A stretch of 64,000 nt of DNA from Antedon mediterranea (taxonomy: Eukaryota; Animalia; Echinodermata). The position numbers were made by a program, and so were the translations under genes. The stretch is from NCBI RefSeq assembly GCF_964355755.1, contig NC_092677.1, positions 12,670,101-12,734,100 of the forward strand, in the 5' to 3' direction. Positions 12,331 through 26,636 of the stretch are shown piece after piece. Position 1 is the stretch's first letter. Each line of letters opens with the position of its first letter. Below the pieces are notes generated by a model. It was not told where the DNA came from and did not search any database. It was given only the letters and a program-made list of their open reading frames with translations.

Positions 12331-15300
12331 AATTCTAGTTGTAGGTTAGTAATATCAAGGATAAATAATGATTAATATATGGAAATAGTTGTCCTTGTAA
12401 AGGTGCTATAGCCTGCTGTAGTGGTCTATTCTCACCTCAAGTGAAAATACTAATACAGTTTTCCATTATGGGTATCAGATAATTTACATATAACACCTAA
12501 GAAACGTGTTTAAGAGGTACAATTAATAAAAACGTACGTAATGAATCTTTGAAATACAATTCCCTGGTTAATACACTCACAGTAAATCAGTAAATACAAT
12601 CAAATTATATTATATTATATAAGAAAATGACTTCTCCATGCGATCATATCAATAAACTTAACAGTTAAATATATACGAAATTAATTGAATAAAAATTTGG
12701 ATTATTTGCATAGAAATTAAGTGTCTATAAAATTGTCAGAATACAGATTGATTATTCGCGCAGCGACGGCTAAATCTGATTAAACATCCATCATCAACGT
12801 AAAAATTTAAATCGTTAAGAACTCTCTTAATTCGTCTCAGTTTTCGATTTAAAGAACTTAAGTACAGAATGTATACTCACTAGAAAAGTCTACAATTTTA
12901 ACCCAATCTAGGTTGTAAAGAAAATCTCTTGTAACTAGTAGAGTTTGATGACAGCTTTATGAGATGTTCCGGTTTTAATTTGAATTGTCCAACATATCAT
13001 AGAATTTCCTTAGTATATAGAGATGTCAATGCATTATATTACAGAGATACACTAATCTTCTTCTTCTTCTTAACGTTTTTCGTCTTCCGAAATTACGCTT
13101 TCCACAATTTGTTTCCATTTTTGTCTGTTTATGGCAGGATATATGTTTATATGGATACACTAATAAGCATTGATAAAAGTATCAGGAATAGAATAGAATC
13201 AAAAATATTATTTGTTTATATAGAATATTTGTAAATATAGAATAATACTGTTTAAAGATTTTCTTTTCAGACAAAAGGAGAAACTTTGCTGAAGAAACAT
13301 TGGTAAACTTGAAAAGAAGTCAGGAAGGATAAAACTTAGAGAATAGATGTTGGAGAAGGAAAAGAAAGGGTAAAGTGAAGAGATGTTAAAGAAAAGAAAC
13401 AAAGGGAGAACATAATTGAAAAGAAAACAGAGCAATGGAGCATGTGAAGAAAAAAATTAAAACATGATTAGTCAAAAAGAGAGATATAAAAGGGGAAAAA
13501 GAACAAATCAAGATAAGAAACATACTTGACAAAATGCAAGTTTTAGGTAACAAGTTAAAAAAGTTAACAAATAGTTATAACCTCAAGGTTTGAAAGGAAA
13601 TTTGACATTTCTTCAGTTAGTTGAAAAGAACGTTAAAAAAAGCAATTAATTGAAAGAAAATGGTGTGAAATTGCATTTAAATCAGACAGCCAAGTAAAAG
13701 AAGATGAATTTCTGTTAAAATAACAATGGAAAGTTTAGATTGTGATGGATGTAATCAGTAATTAATAGAAAATAGCCGGACAGACAAAGCAAAAACAGAT
13801 CAATGGGTGAAATTAATAGAAATATAAATGGAAGAATGAATGAATGTTGGAATGATGATGAGTTGAGGTCTATTAGACTGATGAGTGATTCAAATTAAAT
13901 GATGCAACATCAAATGAGTATCATTTCTAGCGGGATGTTAAAAGCCCGAGGAAACAGAAACCCAGAGGATGAGTCAAGGTTAGGGCACCATCATTATCTC
14001 CTCTTCTTTCCATCATCATCAACATCATCATCAATATTATACACACATTAGTTTGCTAATCCTAAAGCATCATCTTGTTAATCTATACATCTGACCTTCT
14101 TCATTGATGAAGTTCTAAAAGGAAGATGACCATTACAAATTGACCAACATGTCGTCACGATTTACGCACGACTGATCATGTCATCACGACCAATAGTGTG
14201 TTCCCGGTCGTTCGACATCAGTGAAACAACTTGTGACATTAAGAAATTTTAAAGGACAAATAAGATTTTTATTTTACTTATATTTGAATTATTGTTAATT
14301 AATAATAATGCTAAAACTCTTCCTTTAAAGGCAGTTAGATCATTTAGATTAATGGAAAATATTTTGATTCCCACAGTGACTATAAAGCTGAAACAACAAA
14401 TAATATCAATTTCGCACAAAATCATATCTATTATACAGATAGCTGTGTCATTTTCAATTAAAGAGAATAGTTGATCTCGGAGGAAAAAGAATTCTCTAAA
14501 GAAATATCATTTTCTTCCAATTCTTTTTAAAAAATGTAATTCTTAATTTTTCCAAAAAATCATTCATTTTTTTGCCATTGCAGATAATTTGTTTGGCTGT
14601 AACTCATTATAACACTCATCACCGTAATTTTAAATTAACGACATGATGATGCGACGAAAGCATAATCAGTTGAATAACGATAAAACCGTAACATCATTAG
14701 ACTATGGCAATATTGCGCTACGCAATCCAACGCACAGTTTTGATTAGAGATTAAAACTTGATAACTTTCAACAACAATATAACAGGGAAAAAAAAGAGGA
14801 GGATATGTACCACTCTGGATCATTTGAAGGAATAATTTCAAACTTTTACAAAAATAACATTCTCAAACCAACAGGTAAAAAAATCTTGTATAATAATATC
14901 AGAAATGTATCACCACAAAGATAAAAATTCATCATGTCCATAAAGATTGCTAATGTAAGAATAATCTTTCTGACCAGATTTGACAAAATTTTAAATATAT
15001 ATAAAAAAGAAAATTATATAACAAATTGTGACTCATGTTGATGAATGTATATTACAGTTTTTTTTTATGAAAATGAGTCACTTTCACAAATGAAATTGTC
15101 TTGTTATGATTAATAGTATTTTCGGTCATAGAAATCTGCATTTTTGATTGTAAAGATAGTAAAGAGATTACTATAACCAATTTGAAAAGAGAAAAATATA
15201 GCATAAGGAGTAGTGTAACATTTTTGCTAGTTTAGATAAATTACCAAAACTGGCAACTTAACATTTTCATGTGAATCACCACAGGTTGCTAATAGCCAAC

Positions 15301-16469
15301 TTAATTACCAACTAAACTTTTTTTAAATATTGTTTATCCTTCTTTTGAAAACCCCCTTTCCTCCCTGTGCCATTATCTACAAAACAGCTTTGTCAAAATT
15401 AAACTTTATTACATTTCTTGTGTAATACTGGTTAAGATTAAATGACTGACTATTAATAATCATACAGAGGTAGAAGTGCTGCATTTTTTCTACACAACTA
15501 AAGAATGTCTGTTGTATTAAATCATGTAACAGTAATCATGCATGTATCAAATAATGACATTATTTCTGCAAAGTTCGTAACAAAATTCCCCAAGGCAGGA
15601 ACTGTTTAAATGTACATACCATTATTATTATTATACTGTTACTAAACAGCAAATTGACCTATTCCCAATGTTAACGGGCCGAAACGGTAAGGGTAACCGT
15701 ACCTACCATTAGCGGCCTTTTATTTTCATGATGCGCCACTAGATTACGCGCATTGAGTCATTCTATGTACGTCCAGAAACATATGCATTATTATACACAG
15801 AATTACTTTTCGGCTTCATAACCAAGTACGGTAGTAGTCGCATAGTCTTGCATGACCATGGTTTGCAACGGAAAGGAACATAAATATACATATGTAAGCC
15901 TACAACACAATTTGCATGTTTATTTTTAAAAATACAGTACATCTTAAAGGGTTTAATGTTGATTATAAATAAAATGTGCTATAAACTGGACAAGAACACC
16001 ATGTTTCTATTTCTTGTGAATACATTCTCCATTTTCAAATGTTATAAATAGAATGTTGCATTTGCGATGACTAAATATTGACTTTTAATTGGTTTAAATT
16101 AATCAGATGATTTTATTGATTCTTGGCACGTTCGAGGTGCCTACACAGTTTAGGAGCTGACAGTTTTTTTGGATTAATCAATTCATGAATAATTAATTTT
16201 TCTCTCTTTCCATTGATTTTTGACATGGTAACTAAATGAAGTTTATGAGAGAAATTGTGTCAAACATATACGGGCAATTCAGAAAATGCTAATTATTATG
16301 AAAATGACTGCTTCAATTCATTCTTATTCAACAACTACTTTAAGTGACTTTTTATGCAAAAAATTCATCGATCACGCTGAAAAATTCAATGTGTTTAAAT
16401 AAGATTAGAATGGTGTAGAAGATGATGATATTTATGTATTAGGCCTATAACATAATAATAATTATTAAA

Positions 16470-17130
16470 ATAATGATGATTATGAGTATGATGATTATGA
16501 TAAAACCATAAAGATGATGATGATATGATGAATGAAGATGAAGGTGGAGATGATTATGATAATGATAATGATGATAATGATGAACATGATGGTGATGATG
16601 ATTATGTCGTTGATTAATATCACAATTATGATAAAAGATTTTTATGATGATTATGATTATGGTAATTATAGAACCATAAAGATGATATGATTAATAAAGA
16701 AGAAGATGAAGGTGGAGATGATTATGATAATGATAATGATAATGATAATGATAATGATGAACATGATGGTGATGATGATTATGTTGATGATTATGTTGTT
16801 GATTAATATCACAATTATGATAAAAGATTTTTATGATGATTATGATTATGGTAATCATAGAACCATAAAGATGATGATATGATTAATAAAGAAGAAGATG
16901 AAGGTGAAGATGATGATGATAATGATGATGATGATAATGATAATGATGAACATGATGGTGATGATTATGATGATGATAATGATGAACATGATGGTGATGA
17001 TTATGATGATGATAATGATGAACATGATGGTGATGATTATGATGATGATAATGATGAACATGAAGGTGATGAGTATAATGATGATGATGATGATAAGAAT
17101 TATAATGATGATGATTATGTCGATGATTAA
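16470..17130. repeat. (GAT)n-derived compound satellite with higher-order units
   Basis: Blocks beginning aaccataaagatgat at 16504, 16672 and 16861. A 36-bp unit gatgaacatgatggtgatgattatgatgatgataat starts at 16945, 16981, 17017 and 17053 (last copy divergent). Confidence 0.92.
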
Positions 17131-20100
17131 GATCTATTAATTATCTATCAATATCTGTCCTAGGAGAATACATTTTAATAAAATTAATGCCAAACAATTC
17201 ACAAAACATCCTTAAATCTTATATAAAATAACAAACTTTAAGAACCTGAAGAGTGTTCTCTTTATTGTTAAATATGTTTTTCATTTTTCATTTCTTGTAC
17301 TTTTCACAATTTATTATTTGTTTATTTTTGTATTATAAGTATTAGTTTATTTGTTCAATAATCAATTGACATTATTTTGACAATAAAACACTAAAGGAAT
17401 GTTAAAATACGCCGATATAATATAGTATACACATCGCCGCTGATTACCCAGTCAGCATAGTCCGCGTCGTAATAATCACTATAACTCCATCTTGTCAATA
17501 AGTGCTTCACCCAGAGGGCGACAGGAAGAGGTTTTTACGATGGAAACAATAATCGCAAGCTGAAGATTTTAAATCTAGGTTAGATAGAAGAGAATTCAAG
17601 GAAGATATAGCCAGAAGCGTAAAAGCAAAACTGATTAAAATCAGCAATGATAAATGAAGTGGGTACGCGAAAGAAAAAAAAATCTCAGAATTACCTTGCA
17701 AATAGGGGAAAAATATGCATGTAATGGATATGTGACTGCTGACAATAAAGTAAGCTAAAAAAATATTACATCATTAAGAAAAGTATTAATGCACAGATTA
17801 CAATTTGTTAGAAGAATGTTTTTACAACTGTAAGGAAATATAATTGACAAAATGTTTATCTAAAAAAATTAAAATTGGTAGAAAAATACTTTATGTATAA
17901 AATTATTGATTTGTTTTAATAATAATACATTGGTTTTCATAAAATTAGGAATCTGTTTACATTCAATTAAAACAAAAACATTTCTTTTATTGATCTTGTA
18001 TTAGATTACTAGTGTACTAATGCAGATTAAATTTCTTTTTATATTTAGACATTATATTTTAGAAAACTAATTATTTGGCAACTATCGTATAAAATACATC
18101 TTTCAAAACAATTTTGTTAAAAAAATAATCGTAAACAAATTGACAATTAAAAAAAATTTATTAAAAATGAAATATTAATAACAATTGGACAGACAAGAGA
18201 ACTGTCATGCCTGACAACAATATTAATGTTGACAATAATGATAATGGCATCTCTCAAAACGATCACAACACAGACACAAGAGAATGTCAGTCATAAGTTA
18301 ACAATGATGCCCACAGAACTGGCAGATGAATTCTCTGCTACATCACGTAAAATATTATAGTACTTTATCGTTTAATATTCCTGACCGTATTAAACACACA
18401 AAAAAATATCAGTGTTATTTGAGAAAATCCTTATTATCCTAGGATACAATATTTATTACAAATGTTGGGCTTTGGTTACAATGCAATTAAATCTAGACTT
18501 AACATATGCTGTGTAAATTTTCTTGTAATTTAACTGGGTTTTATGTACCCTCGTTTTTATAAGAAATCTGAAAAGGAAAATACTAGACAGTGAAAATTGG
18601 TTTTACACAGCCTTGTTTTAAAGAAATATGAAATAGAAAATACTACAATATACTATTTCGTTGTGTGTAAATGTCCCAATTGTTATGTTCAAATTGAAAA
18701 GTTGACTGCAGTGAGCAAACAAATGTTTTGTAATAAACAATAACAGACTTAATTTGGAAAGGTTACAAAAAGTAAACCATAGCCACAACCCCCAGCCGAA
18801 ATATGTCATCAGTGGCATACACATTAAACTAAACAATTTATTACATGCATCTATATGCCTCTTCAAAAATGGCATATCTGGGGCATACAGAACATGTGTT
18901 CATCTTTCTTTTCTCACCCCTCTTAAATAAAAGGTGAAAAGTTTTCCCAGTATAATCACAAAATATCTTGACAGAAACCTTGTTTTTAATTGGAGATATT
19001 GGAGATCTAGTACCATTTGATATCAGCAGCAGCCTATTTTATAGCTGTAATAATTTAAATACTTTTATTTCTAGGATGAGTATTCATTGGGGGCCCGTAG
19101 CATTCTGTAATCGCTCCCATTAAAAATTAGCTTAATTATTCGTAGATGCGTAAACAACAGCCTTGCATCACAGGAGGGTTATAACGGGTTTCTGTTGAAC
19201 ATCTAACAGATAAAGTTTTATTTTATAAGAAGAGGGGAACTTACTCAACGTGCATGTTATCCCTCAGAGATTTATTGCAGACTTCACAATGATGCAAAAA
19301 CCTTGCCTAATTGCTTTAAATTAGGGAAAGTGTTTTCTTTTTGCGACCTATAATTAAATTGTATCTCTACACCCGTCCTAGAAAAAAAACATGCAAAACA
19401 TGTTGTTTTTTAAAAAGTTTAAAAATTAAACTATAACAGGTGTGTTGTTTGTTTACATTGTTGTCGGTAAACTTTTATAATTTTTAGCCTTCTTCTTTTT
19501 TACTTTAGCCAGGCCTGCTTTATCTATGTTAAATAATGGGAGAATTAATTAAATTTTGATGACAAAAAAAAAAAGGGCCAATAAAAAACAACAGTTGAGT
19601 ATAGTAATATGTTCTGCTAAAATAAAATGTTTGTTGGCGTTATTTAATCAATAGAATTGCACTATGGGGGTCAAGCAAGTTTAACTACTGTACCAACTAT
19701 GTTTATGCCATTGAACCTATAAGCAATCTAAAACATGCAATAATAAACAAGTGTATTTGTTTTCGGTTAAAAAAGCACCGATTAATAAGTCTCGTAATGA
19801 TAGCAGAGGAATGACAGATTATAAGTTGATAACTCGCATGGAGCACGCATGAGACTATGTTGCTGCAAGGTCATAAATTTTCCACAAAGTCCGACTGTTC
19901 AGTTTCAAAATCTTTAAAATGTCAGCGTCTTCATAATTACACATCAGCCAGTCATGTTGCATCTATCTACTCTGTAGCTAAGCCCGTTAATTAATTAACA
20001 AGACCCTAAAATTTGCGTGAATGGGCCATTTCCATTAACTACATATCGTCGGAGTTCTACAAGTTACCATTAAACAAAGCAATAGATGATAAAAAACAGA

Positions 20101-21105
20101 GTGCCTCCCATGACTTATATTCGCTTAGTCAAACAACGTATTATATGTATGGCTAATGAAAATTGTCCTCGTATTATAAGCATATGACATTAGCACAAAA
20201 AATTCGGAAGTTAAGTAATTGACGGTCATCTTGAAGACCAACGGTTGCATAATGCGCGCACAATTAGTGGTAATACTTAAGTCTAGTTGCCGGCTTAAAC
20301 TTAAGCTTGAAATTATTCTCATAACCGTACTAAAGATTTAGTATTCAGCTTACAGTTGCAATGTGGTATCTAAGATGACAAATTGTCTTGTTTTGCATAG
20401 AAACAAAATTAAATAATTTGCAGTCCTTTTTAATTTAAAAAAATGTCATTGGTTGAAAGTGCTGCTTTTTTATTGTTAAAAAACTTTACAATTTATCACA
20501 TTGTATCATTTTTTCTCTGTTTAAAATTGGTTTATGTCTTTATAATACATAATTTCTATTGGTTAAAAGTTCTATGCTACAATTATAAATATTAACAATA
20601 AGTACAGAAAATCAAAAACTGTAACTTGCAATGATTTTCAAACTTGTACTTCGAGTCTAGGTAGCAGCATTGTTTTCGACGATCAGAAAATTCTGGACAA
20701 GAGTTAGGAATTGAACCCTGTACTCTTGTGATTAGTAGTAAGTAGTCTTACAGAACCACCAAGCTATAGGGCAAATACTTGTACTGTATGTATGGCCTTC
20801 ACAGCTACAAAGAAAAAAAAACCATCGCAGGAGACAAGTATTTATTAAGTATAAATAAAGTGCATTATTATTAGCTGAAATTGTCTAAAAATGATACGTA
20901 ATATTTTGTTTACGATGAGTAATTTGAAACTTTCAAGGCTATTCATTTATGAATTCATCAAAATTGAAAATGAAATAAAAACTGATTAATACAGAAGGTA
21001 TTAGCTGAGTATAAAAGAAGTTGAAAGAAAAAAAACCCTGAAGAAAGTAGAACTTTAAGATGTGGAAAAAGGAGTTTATAGATTGCTTTGTGAGATGTTC
21101 TCTAA

Positions 21106-21227
21106 AGCTCTCTCTACACTATCAAACTAGTGTGCTGTACCCAAATATAATAGTGATATGACATCATCATGTCCATATATGGGCACATCACATTTGTCAC
21201 ATAAAGTTTGATAGTGTAGACAGGGCT
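21106..21227. mobile_element. MITE family A copy 2
   Basis: taa|agctctctctacactatcaaact...agtttgatagtgtagacagggct|taa, showing TIRs and a TAA target-site duplication. Confidence 0.9.
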
Positions 21228-24200
21228 TAAGGATCCTAGGTTCCTGAATGAGGAGATCTAATGAGTGCTATTATCTTTGACGGATCCAAGAGGAGGGAGG
21301 AGTAGCCAGCCAATGCACAACCCACCCACCTATTTAAAAATCATGGATCTGCCACCGAAAATGTTCTTCAGTCTGATAATAATTATGAACAAGTTTAAGT
21401 AAATGCAAGGATATGCAAACCTAAACAATTAAAGATGTATTGTACTTATTTTAAGATACTTTTTTTGTTTCAGTGAACTAATTTAATATTAAGATATATT
21501 AGTGCACAGTTTGGAGTTTAAAATTAAAAACTAAAAATAGATTCAAATAAAGGTACATGAAAACAATATAATTCAAAAGTAAATGGGTTTCATTACTGTT
21601 TAAGAACTGAATGTCAATTAGACCATATTTCAATAAGAGCTTTATCTAGGATACTAACAAAAATATCAAGAAAAATGGAGCATTCTTCATACTAAGAGGA
21701 GAAAAAATTCTGTTAATGCTAAAAGGTAAATAAAATCGGAGAATATAATGGTGCTCAGATTCCAATCCAAGGGCTCTGGGTTCAAATCCTATTACCAGAG
21801 AATACACATCCATTCACAATTATCTAATTAAAAATAATTTTAAATAAAGTTTAAAATTGGATCAAATACAAATTACATACAATTAAAGTAAAAAATATCA
21901 AAAAAAGAAAAAATACAAGATATTTGATGTATTATTATTTGTAGGTTTGGAGGGTGAAAAATGTGTGTTAACATTTTATGATAACAACATGTATGTTAGT
22001 ATAATCAAAGCACATGAGAAAATCTTGATTGAAACACATCAACCTTCTTCTAGACAGAAAGATAATGTTTCATATTAATTAGTGTTTTAAGGATTGTAGG
22101 GCGATTGGACAAAGTATAGCCATTAAGGATAAGAGAAGAATAACCACTGTACATAACAGAACCAATGAAGTTGATTAATTGCCAGAAACATAGCTCACAT
22201 TATGGCTATAACATTAATTAACATTTACTTAATGGGTGCTTAAAAAATCTGGTGAACCTGGCCAGCTTGGAAGGTCAATGTTAACACTGCTGTAATGAAA
22301 CAGTTCTTAGATAATAATACAGAAAATGGTTATTAACGTTAGAGACCTCACGGCCGATCCAACCCATACTCGCATATGTAAGCAAAACGTTAATAAATCG
22401 CAAACAGATAGATTAACAAGCTCTCAATAACGCGAATTACGGCTCAATTTTTTTCAAGCACATGTTCTCGTAATTAATTTGTTAAATAATTTTCGCTACA
22501 ACAAACTTGAAAGTTAATTCCCAAGACGAATAATAAATGGCAGAAAAACAAACACATTTAAAATACAACTGTATTCTGTTTTAAATGTTTGCATGAAATG
22601 GAATATTTAAAATAAATTTATTACATAATTTAAGAATGATTTAGAAAACAGAGTTGATTTTAAACAGAGTTGGAATTTAAATTTGTTAAGTGGCCACAGA
22701 GCCAAATAGAACTCAATAAAATAAATTGTACGGTTAATCAAATGGGTTTACGCTTTATACGCCATTTACTAACTTTTTTACATTCAACAAATGAAATTAA
22801 GTTTAGATTTATACATCTCCAGAATGTATGGACATTTTGGCTCCTAAATTAACAAAACCTGTAGAGGATTGTTAGCATTAAGTCTAACTTATGAGAATAC
22901 GTCAAGTCAAAAACTATTCTTCTAATATGACGTTTTATGATGCATTACTTGGGATGCCCAGCTACATTGTGGAAACATCGTAATTCCTGTTGATAACGTC
23001 AATCACAGACGCGGACAAGACAGCGTTTCTTCGTATTGGCATTCCGAAATCACACTCATTATAAGATCAGCAAAAGTTTAAACAAAATCCGTATCAAAAA
23101 TGAGAAAAATACTAAAAAAAGCTAAATTCATCTAAATGTTAAAATCTTTAGCCAGAATCACTATTATAATCCATGTAGAACTTATTCCTTTCATTTGTAA
23201 TAATCATAATTAATCACAAACTAAGACAAGCAAGTTTAAGTGGGCACAATAAAACTACTAATGGGAACTTGGCTGGCTCTAGAGAATTCAGATATAACTT
23301 GTAATGCGTTCAGAATCTTTGCTTACACAAGTCTGGTAATTAACGGCTTATAGGAAGCATCCAGAAATCTTGTTGCTAGAGAAGAAAAAAAAAATATCGA
23401 AGCGCAAACTAAATGATGCCACAAAGTTGAACGGAAGAGATAACGAGACTTCGCCAATTCTGGCAAACAACACCTCTTTGTCTTAAGTCTTAATCAATTT
23501 ACGGCAAAAAAAATTCCCGACCTAGTTTTCAACCGAAGAGCTTTATATCTGTCAGAATGGCAATTTTAATGTTTATTTATCTTCCAAACTGTTGATAATT
23601 GTACATTTTGAAGAAATATTAAATGTTTTTAGATCGCTCTGCATCTTTGGGATTTTAATTCATAAATAGAGCAGTAAAATCAGTCATTAAATAGTATTTT
23701 ATTGATATAGAAATTGAAAAGCAAAGCTAGAAAATGATAAATGTTTAATAAACACTAAGAAAATCGTGAAAAAAACTGTTAAAATTAAATAAATATTTAT
23801 CGATTTAATTTAAATGAAAGATGTTTTATTTCTTTGGCTACTAAAAGTACAAAACTTTTAAAGGAAATTTATCAAAATGGAAATAAATACAACCGGAATA
23901 CAATTAATATAATATTTTAAAAAACTATAATTAAAAATATGGATATCAAATTCTACAGCTGTAAAATATTAAACTATTATATTGTGAAATGAGAATCGGA
24001 AATTATTTTATTGATTGTAAAGATTTCAAGCATTTATATTGTTTTAAGAAAATTTGTTTACTCCAGTGGCACTGCGTCTTGGTTGTTGACATGCTTTACC
24101 AATCCCATGGTCCTGGGTTCAAATCCTGTCCCAATTTTTCTAACAGCCAATACAGTGCCACAACTAAGACAGTTTAAGCATAGGTTCTAAGGTATCAATA

Positions 24201-25094
24201 GGTGAAAGGCAGCAAAGATTGCGTTGCAGCTCAATTTTTACTCCAATAAAACCAGTTCCGTCCATGACGTCATTATATACCACAATGCAGTTCGTTAGGC
24301 GGAAGCACGATTGGATCAAGGTCATGTTTACTTTTTTTCGCATAGCCCAATCCCCAAGATCCGTATTTTCTGCTCAATAGAAACAGGCCCTACGGTTGAC
24401 CTACCAAAGATAGATATGATAAAAAGTTTATAAAAAAAAAACTTGGCATTGGTTACATATCACATAAAATTAATTCAATTTGTCAAAAATAACATGATAC
24501 CTATTTTCAATATTAGAAGTCTTGCTTTACTTAATCAAAACAATGTTCTTAAATGGCATTTAACATTTGTTTTTAGGGCAATTGTCTACTGTATGTACAA
24601 AATTACCATTACATGAAAATTAAAAAGCTTACCCTTATTAGTTTTTGTTGAACTTAACTTGGTAAATTGTTATGTGAATATGGGCTTAGGTCATATCAGT
24701 TCATAAAACAAACTTAGCACGAACTAAGGGATCAATTATGGATTATCGTGGGATGTGTAGATTAGGATAATCCTGTTTATATATTAAGGCTGTTTACTAA
24801 TAGTTAATTTTTTTCTTTATGATTTTGTGGCAACAATTTAATTTCAATTTCTTTTCCCTTCTTTTATTATTACAATCAATATATGATGTATTTTTCATAC
24901 TTTTTTAGTTTAAGTTGATATTTGTGTTGGAAAGTCTGTTACTAATCCAGTAAATCGCAGTGTAGATTAACAGATTAGGACAATCCTGGGGGGATATTTA
25001 GATTAATGATATGAAAATTATGGCTGTTTATTAAATGTTTGAATTTTTAGTAATGTTATAATTTTCCATAACTAGCTTTAGATTCACATGAAAG

Positions 25095-25200
25095 TCACAG
25101 TAGTATAATGCCAATGTCTGAATATCAAGCAGAAGATTCTGGGTTTGAATCTCAGTTGGCTGCAGCTTTTTCTCATTCTCATAGATTTCCTCTTCACAAC
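25095..25200 (+). mobile_element. Degenerate tRNA-derived SINE head
   Basis: B-box-like ctgggtttgaatctcag preceded by an A-box-like region and followed by gctttttctcattc. Confidence 0.45.
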
Positions 25201-25529
25201 CACTTAAAAATTAATTAATTATAAAATGTTCAGTAATCATGGGTGGTTTAGCATTTCATTAAGCCTATAAATTTGCTTAACTAATTGTTATATAAACAAA
25301 TTGCTACATCACTACCAAAAGAATTAAACATAATTTACAGATTATGGTCTCAAGTTCATCGAGAAAGGACATCAATAATCAAGTTATACTTAACAAAGAT
25401 TAAGAGATAATACGGATTATCCTAGGATGTGCAGATTACAATAATCATGTCATTTAGTCTTTTTTAAAAACATAACTACTTATTTATTTAAATTTACTAA
25501 GACTACTACACTGAACAAAGCCTATTGAT

Positions 25530-25710
25530 CAAAAACCAATGGAAACATACTCCCATCATGCAGCCTTATAGCTCAATTTTGTTTTGACCTTACCAGGTAC
25601 CCATTTGTACACCTGGGGGAGAGAGGCAAATTTAAGTGTCTTAACTAAGCGTTTGGACTTGAACTTACGATCATTAGTCCAACGTCCAACACACTGTGCC
25701 ACACGCATAG
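25530..25710 (-). mobile_element. tRNA-derived SINE (same family as 9384-9580)
   Basis: Shared atggaaacatactccca...ccaggtacccatttgtacacctgggggagagaggcaaat. The minus strand has A-box-like gtggcacagtg and B-box-like gttcaagtcc. Confidence 0.7.
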
Positions 25711-25744
25711 CATTATTACAATTTAGTATAGGGCCATTATGTAA

Positions 25745-25888
25745 AACTCTGTCTACACCATCAAACTTTATGTGACAAAAAAATATGATTTTTTTGTCAT
25801 ATCACCATCATAATTGGGCATATCACTACCATATTTAGGCACATCACACTTTTGTTGTCAAACTAGTTTGATAGTATAGGACAGAGCT
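25745..25888. mobile_element. MITE family A copy 3 (opposite orientation to copies 1 and 2)
   Basis: taa|aactctgtctacaccatcaaactttatgtgac...aactagtttgatagtataggacagagct. Confidence 0.88.
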
Positions 25889-26636
25889 TGAGAAAGGCAA
25901 TATTTCAAACTTTGAGAGTTTATAGAATTTTCTTGCCAACTGCTCTGAACTATTTTACAACTTGATTTAATTGTGTTTTTATTTTATGTGTACATTTTAA
26001 TGGTCAAGTAAATATAAATACTATACTGAAAGTTATATTATCAAAACATCTGTTCAAACAGTAAATTCAAAAAGAAATGATCGCAATACAAGTTTAGTTC
26101 TAATCTTGCAATTGGCCAAACTGGCAATTGGCGGATTCAAAATAATTGTCTTCCAAATCTGTTTATAACTCCCCAAATTGTAGAAAATCATAGAAATCTG
26201 CATTTGCTTTAAACCATCGGTCAGTAGTCACTTAAACCCTGGTCACTTACAGTAATTAAATTCATTATGTAGTAAAAAAAATATTCATTAGCTTCTCATC
26301 AATTTCCATGATAATCTACATTGTAAAATTCCAGGTACATCAACAAGTAATTAAGTTGATTAAAAAATATGGAAAAAAAATATTGAAAAACTAATTACAT
26401 TAAAGAAAACAACATATTTTTTGATTATTGGTTATTAGAAAATTGATAGACCAATTAATAACAACTGATTAAAATTGTGTGACTGTAATTGATTGAGTAA
26501 CATTGCAGCATTTTAATGTTGCAGAGTGTCAACTTTTTAATTTATTTTCGTATCAGAATTAATGTTAGTAACTTTAGGTTGTAAGTTGAGTATAATGCTA
26601 TTTTCAATCTATCTAAAACTCTTAAATATTTCCATA

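Noticed and set aside
16855-17140. Asp-rich 83-aa ORF resembling an acidic biomineralisation protein, and overlapping Met/Ile ORFs
   Set aside because: It lies wholly within a GAT-derived satellite, has no signal peptide or splice context, and several frames are open simply because of the repeat.
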